Positions 36,235 through 45,883 of a stretch of DNA of 64,000 nucleotides are shown here, one piece after another; position 1 is the first letter of the stretch; each line of letters begins with the position of its first letter. Origin of the DNA: Marsupella aquatica. Its lineage: Eukaryota > Plantae > Marchantiophyta. Where the stretch lies: positions 7,675,079 to 7,739,078 of the forward strand of contig OZ316898.1 in assembly GCA_973895155.1 (NCBI GenBank). The letters run 5' to 3'. The notes under the pieces were generated by a model. It was not told the origin of the DNA and did no database searches. It saw only the letters and a program-made list of their open reading frames with translations. Made by a program: the position numbers and the translations under genes.

Positions 36235-37542
36235 ATGCCAACAAAGTTGGAAACCATGTCCTACTTGAAGTACATGGGCTTTGCACGAGGCTCAAAGAAA
36301 AAGCATCAGCAAACAACCTCAGGAAAACATAAAAACAAATCCTACATGAAATACTTGGGCTTGGCACGAGGCTCAAAGAAAAAGCATCGGCATAGAGCGG
36401 AAGGAAAACATGGAAAGGCAAGGAGGAAAATGAAGTCCACACCAAAGATGCGAACACATCGCCATGCAACGTTTGCACATCTCATTCATGATGCAATTCT
36501 TTGTCTCAACTGTGCACCCTTCCCATACTATCGTGGCTCTAGCAAGAGGGCCATATTTAGAAATATTGAGACACACTACAAGATTAGGTTGGGGAAGAAG
36601 TTTGACATTAGGTTGAAACTTACTCTGGCAAAGTTGGTGAGACAAGGCAAACTCATCCCTCTTGGACAGAATAGTATCAGATACATACTCAGCCCAAAAT
36701 TTTCAGAGCACTTTAAAAGACTAAAGGTTATCAATGGTGGTGCAAATAGACGTTTTGGCATAGGAATCAGAGAACGAAGGAGAAGCCATAGCCACAGTCA
36801 TAGGAGCAGATCTCCACACCACAGGTCTAGGTCCCTGCACCGGAAGTCTAGATCTCGGTCTAGGTCTCGGCATAAAAGGTCAAGATCTAGGTCGACATCC
36901 ACCCAGAGATCAGAAGCAAGAAAGTCTGGGCTTACTAATTTGGAAAGTTGGTTTGGTAGTGCAAGTGGGTCTCGTAGTGGATCCAAATCTGAGGCTGGTA
37001 GTGAATTCTGTAAAGAATGTGGATCCAAGGTTGGTAGTGAAACTTCAAAGTCAAAGTCTGTCAATGAAAGTTGGTTTGGTTTGGGAAGTGGTTCTGATAA
37101 TGAATCCAATTCCAAGGAAGAGAGTGTACCCAGACGCGAGAGAAAGAATGAGGATACTGGAGCAGGAACTAGTTCAAGCTATACCAGTAATAGTGGCAGG
37201 TTCAGAGAATGGTTATGGCCAAGACCAGTTGCAAGTGAGGATGGAACGGTAGATAAAAAATCCCAACAGATTGAGAAACAAGGACTGGAACAAGGAGGTT
37301 ATAGGAGATCCAAGATGGCAATGTCACCCAAGAAGCCATTGAGTAGAAGTCAAAGTCATCCAAGCTCTAGAGGATGGTCAATTGAACACCAAAATCTTGC
37401 AAGCCCTAGATCTCAAACCTTGGGTTTGGGGAAAAAATTGAAGCAAAATGTGTTGAAGAGATATAAGCGGGGCGGGATCCAGAATAACATATTAAGTCGA
37501 AGCCTGAGTAGAAGTCCAAGTTTCCAACGTGCTAGAGGATAG
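36235..37542 (+). CDS. Histone H1-related protamine-like basic protein, paralog (H15 domain plus RS/His-rich segment), intronless
   Basis: HATFAHLIHDAILCL...RGSSKRAIFRNIETHY...LKLTLAKLVRQGKLI retains the H1 GSS..AI signature, followed by RRRSHSHSHRSRSPHHRSRSLHRKSRSRSRSR. First ATG at 36235. Confidence 0.85.
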   Translation: MPTKLETMSYLKYMGFARGSKKKHQQTTSGKHKNKSYMKYLGLARGSKKKHRHRAEGKHGKARRKMKSTPKMRTHRHATFAHLIHDAILCLNCAPFPYYRGSSKRAIFRNIETHYKIRLGKKFDIRLKLTLAKLVRQGKLIPLGQNSIRYILSPKFSEHFKRLKVINGGANRRFGIGIRERRRSHSHSHRSRSPHHRSRSLHRKSRSRSRSRHKRSRSRSTSTQRSEARKSGLTNLESWFGSASGSRSGSKSEAGSEFCKECGSKVGSETSKSKSVNESWFGLGSGSDNESNSKEESVPRRERKNEDTGAGTSSSYTSNSGRFREWLWPRPVASEDGTVDKKSQQIEKQGLEQGGYRRSKMAMSPKKPLSRSQSHPSSRGWSIEHQNLASPRSQTLGLGKKLKQNVLKRYKRGGIQNNILSRSLSRSPSFQRARG

Positions 37543-39524
37543 TCAAATGAACAATAAAATCTTACATGCCCCAGGGCAGCAGTTAATCTCAAAGCCTGGG
37601 TCTAAGGTAAGGATTGGGGCAAATGTTGAGGAGATCATTTTAGAATGGCCAGGGAGTCCCCTGAAAACATCAGGAGAATGAATATGGGTAAACCTCCACA
37701 ACCAGGCACTACTCTAAACAGTCTGACTGGTAAACACCTCGAGCCATGACTGCTACCGAGAATGATCAACTTTTTGACCCACTTTGAGATCCAAACTTCA
37801 CATTCAATAGTGAATGGTTCTGGGTCTGAATTTCCAGTTGGATTAAATTAAATTCTACTCTTGCATTCAATCTGCTAGAATCCTGCCGGCAATTCTATTT
37901 GTTCATTTCTATTACTACAGGGGCAGAACTATATTTAAGGGAAGAAGGACCGGGAAAATCCAACATCCCATTAGTTGATTTGAGACACGCTAGAGGCAAT
38001 GTGGGTTGCAAATCTGACCTGTTGAATCTCTCCTAGCATATGAAGAATTGTTGTGCATCACAGAACATCTTTTGGCTTGTCTAGAGAAATACACAAGTAC
38101 TGCAGCTACGGTAGCAGTAGCCATTTTTGCTCATGAGATATTTTGTAAAAAGGCAATTGACAAGAAATGTCATGAATCATGCCTGAGAGTTCATTTCTTG
38201 AACCCGGAGGGATAATCATGAAAGATGATATGTTTGTTTGAATCATACTTTGGATCATGCAATTGAGTATCAGTTGTAATCTAATTTGCATCCATTGATG
38301 AATGTTACAATCTGGTGAGTACGTACCAGAAATAGGATTTCCAAAATTTCCAATCTCAAACTGGTGCATTTAATCATGGCGACAAGCTTCAAATACTTTC
38401 AGTTGAAATATAATAAAAATTTCAAGAATAGTGAGATTGAAATGTAGTTAACATGACACAATGAGCCTTAAAATATACCATTTCGTGATCCAAACTCTCT
38501 CAAAGTTTACTTAGATTTAAAATTACATGCACCTTTATCTCTACTGTAATTTCTTAGTCAGATGCTTGCCTTACTGGACGTAGAACGTAACTCAACCAAG
38601 AACATCCTCCAAGCTGTGCTTCTAAATGTTGCCACAAAATTTTGTTGTCTTCTTGGCAAAATTTCAACTTACTAATTTTAAAGTTGATTTTAGTGAAACC
38701 CACCAGAATACTCAAAACTTTGTTGAACAATGATTTCTTTCAGCCAGGGAGCTGATGGTTGGCTTAGGTAATCATACTCACGTCCCAAAGAGACCTCTTT
38801 TCCCTGTCCTGCATTTTTTCTTTGTTATCTCATGTGCGCATGAATGGTTTTTGTTTCATTTCCATGAAAGCAATGATTCCATTTAATTAAGGGGGGGGCG
38901 GTTGGCTGCTCTTGATTGTAGAAGACTTCTGAAGGCAGTTGGACACGTGGTTAGACATAATGGATATTTTTAGTTGTGTCAACTTGGAGAGAGACACAAC
39001 TTGTACTTGTAATTAGATCATACAACTTTGTAGTAGACTAATCTATTCAATTAAAGGCAGGATTAAAATGCCTTTAAACCAGTCATGTGATAAGACCGAC
39101 AACATTTCACAGTGAACTCTTCTACAAGGGGAAATCTTTAAAAAAATCCTCTTGCCTCTTTCTGGACTTTTTGAAGTTGTGAGGGACTCTTTGGCTTGTT
39201 GGGCCTTGTTGCTCCTCTCCGGGTGTAGTCCTGTTTTCTCTCTTTATTAGGTCTGTTTCCCTATGAGATCATGTCTCCAGGTTTGGAGGTTCTGTCCTTT
39301 TGGCAGTTTGTGATATATGTCCTTAAAATCTTTTGGCAGTGTGATATATATCCTTTCAAATATGTATTCTTTCAAAACATGTGTGTCCCTGGCAGGGAAA
39401 GTTGTATCATGAACAGTTCAAAACAAAAACTGCATCGTGATTAGTCCAAACCAAAAACTGAAGCATGTTCCAGGATGAACATGCTATTACTAAAACTAAA
39501 AACATCGGAAAGTATGTCAACTAC

Positions 39525-39766
39525 ACTCTATTTTGGGGAAGGCCTAATCTATACAGGTAGTGGATTGGGAAACCTCTCAAAGAATGAATTTGTTATTGGG
39601 TGTGCCATTTTTCATTGATGTTGGGGCTCTGCTTTCCCTTTCCAAAAATAAATTAGCTCTATTTTGGGGAAGGCACTAATTTGGACGGATAGTGGACTGG
39701 GAAACCTCTCAAAGAACCACTTTCATTGATGTTGGGGCTCTGTTTTCCCTTCCCAAAAATAAACTA
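39525..39766. repeat. Degenerate ~130-bp tandem duplication
   Basis: CTCTATTTTGGGGAAGGC, TGGGAAACCTCTCAAAGAA and TTCATTGATGTTGGGGCTCTG each occur twice. Confidence 0.8.
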
Positions 39767-41135
39767 CCGTATGTAATTAGAGGATGCTCGAGTCAGAGAT
39801 GTACCCTAGATAAGAATGACTATGGGCCTAGGCATTCACATTTTTTTCCTTTCCCCTCTTCCTTGGTTTTTGGGGTTGCATTTGACTCTCCCATTTTGGG
39901 TGTTTGTCCTATTTGGACCCCTTTTGCTCTCACTTCCATTGTACTTTGTTTGGTCCTTATTTCAGAAATTATGGTTTTTATTTTTCAGAGGGCTATTGGT
40001 TTTGGAGGGTCTTCACCAATACCTCTTGGTGACCCTCTTATGCAAGTCACTACGGAGCTTACTAGGCCTTTCAGTTTACTACTCAATAGGGATTCATGTC
40101 CTTTGCCAGTGTGAGGTGCTGCGCACTATGCCTTTTGGCTCTTTGGTCTTCTTAGGGTTTTCCCCTGCGTTCTCCGCTCTACTTGGTCTTTTACCTTTGG
40201 GATCATGTCACCAGGATCGGGGCCTGGATGGACTCTTTTTGTTCTTTGGTGATGTGATACATAGTACACCAATTCTTTCTCAAAGAAAGTTAAAGATGTT
40301 TTTTTTTGTGTTGGGGGGGGGGGGGGGAACCAGCGGGCCAGAGGCAAGAGGGCACCAAAGAAGCCAAAGGGAACAACAGGTGTAGCAAGAGAATGTAGCA
40401 CTAGAAAATAACAAGCCTCACCCACAGAGGGAAGAGCAAGAACAAAGCTTGGTCTCACTCTCCTCTACTAAACAAATGCTCATCATTCAAAGTCCCCAAG
40501 TCTCCAGTAGCCTGGGTAAACAGAATTTGAAGAGAGATTGAGAGCATCCTACATGGGGCAGCATGAAAAGTCTAAGTGGTAATGCTAAACGCCCCCTGAG
40601 CTCTAAGCTACAACTGAAGTCCAATCAGCTGAAAGTACTGCAATTGCAAGCGGGACTGCAAGGCGATAAACCTACATTTCACAAGGTATACTTTCAGTCC
40701 CAAGTCACAAAAGCAGACTAACACAGAAATGATTCTATATGTCTAACTCCACTCCTCAATATATGAGTACGCTCAGCCTCCATAAGAGCGACCACATCGA
40801 CCAGCCTCAACTTCTTCTTACTTGAAGTAGAAAAAGCAGCAAGATGATCCAAAGGCTCCAAGATCACATAATTAAGTCCAGAATCAACATTTCCTGCCAT
40901 CAATGCTTCTTGAAGAAAGTCTGAAAGAAGCCCTTCAGATTAGATTTCTCAGTAGTAACCCACTAGAGCTATCAGCTTAATCAAAATCTAGCTACTGTCA
41001 AGCCTTCATAGCAGAGTAAACCCTTCAGATCCAACCCATACAGAAACTTGTGCCACCGCAAGGTACAATTATAGAGATGAATCTGAAAAAAACTGGCAAA
41101 AGGTGCTCAATTCCAGGGAGATAGTTGCTCACTAT

Positions 41136-41450
41136 CCTAGGACCCCCTAAAATGTAAGATTTTTAATATCTTTAACCCCTATAAAGATTTAAAAGACACT
41201 ATTCTTCTTTTGAGAAAATTCTGAAGTATTGCTTTAGAACCAATAAAATGATACTATCCTTTGTCGCACCTGATGTCTCATTTTTTGGGGGTTTCACTTC
41301 CACAAAATTGGCACATCACATGCGATAAAAAATAGGGTCATTTTATTGGTTCTAAGGGAAAACTTAAGAACTTTTGTAAAAAGAACAATAAGGTCATTTA
41401 AATTCAATTTTGAGACTTATAAGAACATTAGTGGATTTTTAACCCCTAAT
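41136..41450. mobile_element. MITE/foldback fragment (left end plus internal palindrome), related to the copy at ~56070-56309
   Basis: End CCTAGGACCCCCTAA is inverse to TTAGGGGGTCCGAGG at ~56295-56309. Shared CAATTTTGA.ACTTATAAGAACATTA. 58-bp-arm inverted repeat at 41234-41355. Confidence 0.6.
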
Positions 41451-42404
41451 GCAGAGTCAACCACACTCCTTGCCCTCTCACAACACTCTTCCATCTCCCA
41501 TGAACCAGCAGTCAACACCTTTAGGCAGGCTGACCCATCCAGTACTCACTTGCGTCCAAAGTAGATGCGAGTACCTTCATTCATGTGTAACCAACCCCCT
41601 TAGCCCTCAGGTTGATCGTGGGCTTGGGTTATCTATTACTTAATTACTTTCCATGAGTTGACAGAGTGGGGAAGGGAAGGAGGGCTTTTAACTGTGGAGA
41701 CACTCCAAAACCCTTACAAAATATCAAAAATCTGTTTCTAGGTCTTTTTTTCCTAGGTTTTGGAGTGTGTTTTGCTCTCCTCTTTTGAGTTTGGTTGTTC
41801 TCTTTTGCTTTTACTCCATGGTTAACTCTGGAGACTCTCCAAACCTTCTCCAAAACCTTTTACAAATACCCGAGTTATTTTTGTAGGTTTTTGGAGTTTG
41901 CATTATTTTGCCCTATTCTTTGGAGTTTGTTTTTCTTTCCTCTCCGGGCATCGTTTTGCTTTTATTACATGCGATTTTGTTTGGTCCTATTTGACAATGT
42001 TCAAATACCAGAAATAAACAGAAACAATAATTTACGATTCTTAATCGTACCATATCAATTAAGTTGAACGTATTAGATCCTTTTGATCGACGGCGCACAT
42101 TCATTAGAGAAAGCTTCCCGTGACCCGTGCAGAGGGTTTACCTGAGCAGGAGTATCGTTTTATGACGTTTGTAACCGTTGTCCCACGGAGAATTGTCATT
42201 GGTGTACTTTCACTCTGTCATTTGTAAATCCTCCCATTGCAGTGTAGGTTGTAAGTTGCTGCAATGCTGCTGCAGCCTGTCATGATTGTCCTCTCCTGTC
42301 GTGTGTCGTCCTAGTTTGGGACGCCGGGTAACTCTCGCCGGGTTGGGCTCGCCGGATAGGGTATGCCGCAGAATCCTCAGAGGGACTCATCACGGTAACG
42401 TGTA

Positions 42405-43030
42405 CGGCCCAGATGTCCTCCCTTAATACAGGGGCGCGTTGAATCACTTACAGCTGAATTGCTTCCGGGGAACTTCCCGGGAAGAAGAATTTGCGCGTTA
42501 ATTTTTAAATTTGTTTTCTGATTATATAGTGGTCAATGTTTGAAGCAGAAGATGCCAAGAACATTCATTATCTAATTTTCGGGAATTGTTTCATTGACTG
42601 TTAGATCTCCTGATTTTGAAAATCAACCGTCAGATTTGGATTGGTGGTGTCTACGGTTCGGTGGGCTCGAATATTATTTTAATTTTCCCAGATTATCTCG
42701 TGACTGTTAGATCTCCCAAAATTTTAAATTTTAACCTGCAGATTTCGGCTAGTGGGGTCTATGGTTAGGTGCGCTCTGCGGGTACGTGTCCCCACAATAG
42801 TACAATACTCATCACTGCCCAGATGTCCTCCCACACGGGTGCGATGCTCTTGATGGGCTGCTTTTCAGTTGAATGGCTTCCAGAAAACCCCCCGGGAAAA
42901 TATCTTCTGCAGGGTAGTGTCTTTTTTTTTTCCCAACCGGTGACACTTTCTAGATCAACTCCCGGCCGGTAGATCTCAGGAGATTTAAAGATAACCTTCA
43001 GATTTGGGTTATTGCGTCCATGGCTAAGGC
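42405..43030. repeat. Nested degenerate direct repeats (~108-bp and ~410-bp periods)
   Basis: GCCCAGATGTCCTCCC at ~42407 and ~42817; GACTGTTAGATCTCC at ~42596 and ~42702; CAGATTT.G block three times. Confidence 0.6.
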
Positions 43031-43387
43031 TACCTCCAACAATAGGGTCAAATGAATCTATAACCTAAAAAAAAAACATTATGAAGTTAACTTTGGAGGG
43101 ATGACTTCCCTATTTATATGGCAATCAGCCTCCATTCTCATAACCCTGGCCCTACATTTGTGGCAGAAATCGTAGCCAATAGGGAGATCTCTATCTTGAC
43201 CTCTATCCCCATCTGGGTCACATATTCCAATAGTGGAGGCAACTAGGCTCGTGCCCCTATGAGAATTAGGGCTAGGTTCCATGGGCTGGGAGTGAGGAGT
43301 ATGGATATGTGTCAGAATGTTCAAGACAATGAGATTGCAGCTTCTTCAGGGATTGAAGGGTATAACAATGTTATAGTAGGGAATATT

Positions 43388-43502
43388 ATTTTTCCTCACA
43401 CTCCCTCTTAAACTTGTACCCCAGGAGTATGATTTTCCCTCACACCCCCCTCTTAAACTTGTACTAGGGAGTATGATTTTCACTCACACCCCCTCTTCAA
43501 TT
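43388..43502. repeat. ~46-bp tandem repeat x3
   Basis: GATTTTCCCTCACACCCCCTCTTAAACTTGTAC...GGAGTAT unit. Confidence 0.75.
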
Positions 43503-45883
43503 TCAGGGTACCCCCTACCCTTATATAGGATTCTCATTGACTCCTAAGTCGAAACTCATACAGTGACAATAGTGTGTATACATTGGCATAAGGCCTATTT
43601 TGGGCCCAAGGGGGTGTGAGCGGGAGTGATCTTACTCCCTGCCCTGGCCCATGGAACCTACTGTAGCCCTTAGGGGTCATTGAGAAGTTGAAGACCCAAG
43701 AAAAATGACCAAGATGGAATTGGGCCAATTTTTTTGGCCGGGCGGGGATCGGTTCGGGATAGGTTCGGGGACGGTAGGGTAGGGTCGGGTGGTGGAGGCG
43801 ACTAGGCTCGTGCCCCAACGAGAATTTACGTCGTCGGTAGCTCAGAGCTCTGGTTAGTTTCATAACTTTCATTGATTTCGATACGGCGTTCGGAGGACAT
43901 GTCTGCCTAATCCCGGCGGGTCTACTCTGCTGCAGTGCTGCAGCTGACTGCACGAGCTGCTGTCGGTTCTCAAATCCTCTGAGCTCGAAATCGGTTCGGA
44001 CTTCGAAAATCCTCGTGAGCAGAATCACTCTCCTGACGCCATCAGCCCACACGCAGTACCTCGCTCCTTCCCTCCGTCAGCTCTCTGTGAATCACTGTGA
44101 ATCCCTTGTTTTTTGCTCTGCTCCGGTGGCTTTTTGGGGTCTTTTCGTCGGCAGATGAGAACAGAGAACTGAAGACAAGGACTGATTTGGAATGTGAATG
44201 ATGGAGCTGATGGATCGTCGTGTGATGAGAATCTCTGAATTTCGTAGCGCGACTGGAGTAATTTTGATGGATGGAGGAGTTGATGATATGTGACAATTAG
44301 TATGGAGGTCTTTGTTTGTTTCAGTCGCTGTTGAGGAGGTGGTGAAATAGTATTTGCATTGATTGCTGATTGGTCTCGATCACCTGGTGATGAAGCGCCG
44401 TCCGCTATGAGAAATTGTGGTGACGGGCGGAACGCAAGCGCCTGCATAGCTGAGCTTCACCTGAGCTGGCCGGGTTGAATAGGAAGGAAGGTACTTACCG
44501 TAGGAGAGTTTGTCGATGGGTTGAACCGAAATATTGTCGCACCGATGATGACTTGCTGACTTACTCACATGAGCAACGTGGCGATCTTCTCAGGCATGCG
44601 GTCCCGACTTGCAACACATTCGGCAGATCTGAATGAATCTTTTTCTTTCTCTCGCGTTGCTTCGATCGCTTGGTGTTGGTCTTCATTGGCGGTAGCGGAT
44701 TCTTTTACTCTGCCGTCTAGAACAATTCTTCTTGCTGGCACTATTACTGGTACTTTTCTGATCCAAAAGAATTGTTTGAACATGCCCTCCAAATTTCTGA
44801 AGTCATGCCTGTTTTCCAATCCTGCCGCCGATTCGCGAAGTCTCATCGAGTAGTCCGGCGTTCTCTGAAAATTTGAAAGTTGAGGGGCCTCTCCCGCTCC
44901 TCGCAAACATCGTCTGTCCACCCACATGCGAGCTGGGAATCGTAGCGTATATTTTTAACTATAAACATTTTCACACCTCTGCGTCGATTATACCTTCAAG
45001 AAAACGCTATTGCAGGAACTGCAGTCTGTGGTCATAGAGCAATTGTACCTCCTTAGGAACTGGTTCTTTGTTGGAAGCCGAACTCGTACGTCCGGTTGAA
45101 TTTGCCAACTTGATTTCCTGGTCATATACGTATCATAGATGAATTTCTTGACCGCCGGTGAGCCGCTGAATTGCTTTGTCATCCTCTTTATCGATAATTT
45201 TCGATGGATGTCTTTATAATGTATGCATTTCTGCGCAGCTCCGAGAATGCGTCTCCTCCAAGAGATGTCCTTCGTCCGCAGCTCATCGTCAACTGTCAAT
45301 AGTCAAATTCAAGAATCTCCGATTGCCTCGGTCCATATCAAGAACAGGTTGTAAGAATTACCTCTCTCCCGGCCGGCGTGACCTGCAAAATTACAAGCAC
45401 CAGTCTTGTACTGCCAGCGCCTTTCACACCGTTCACCTACAACGGAGGCAGCTGATTCGCACCTCACATCTCCCGTACTTCTCGCACCGACGGACACCGG
45501 CCTTAAAGTTACAGCTCACCGAGGATTATTTATTTTTCTCCCACTTCACAGTTCTTGCCGGCTTCTATCAAATATTGGTTCTCGTGGGCGCCTCTTCATC
45601 GCGGCTCCGTTAAGACTAGAAGCCTCAGTAGTTGCAGAACTATTTGTGCTACTGCTACCAAGAAGTGTAGGAAGTGTTTTGGCGAAATCGAAGGAGGCGA
45701 AATCGAAGAATTCGGAGGCTGAGGATGCGGAAACTTTGATGCCATGTTATTTAAGTAATTCTTCCTAGCAACAGTAAGTCGGCCGTTCGAAAAGCGGAGA
45801 ACTGAATTTACTTGCAGAGGCGAATTAACGCTCTTCGTAGAGTTTGAACGCGCATAGACTTTTCAAACTGAGAAGCCAGGAGG

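Noticed and set aside
39692-41090. Hydrophobic ORFs at 39692-40385 as a membrane protein gene
   Set aside because: T-rich low-complexity sequence that resembles decayed LINE 3' ends; no coherent gene model.
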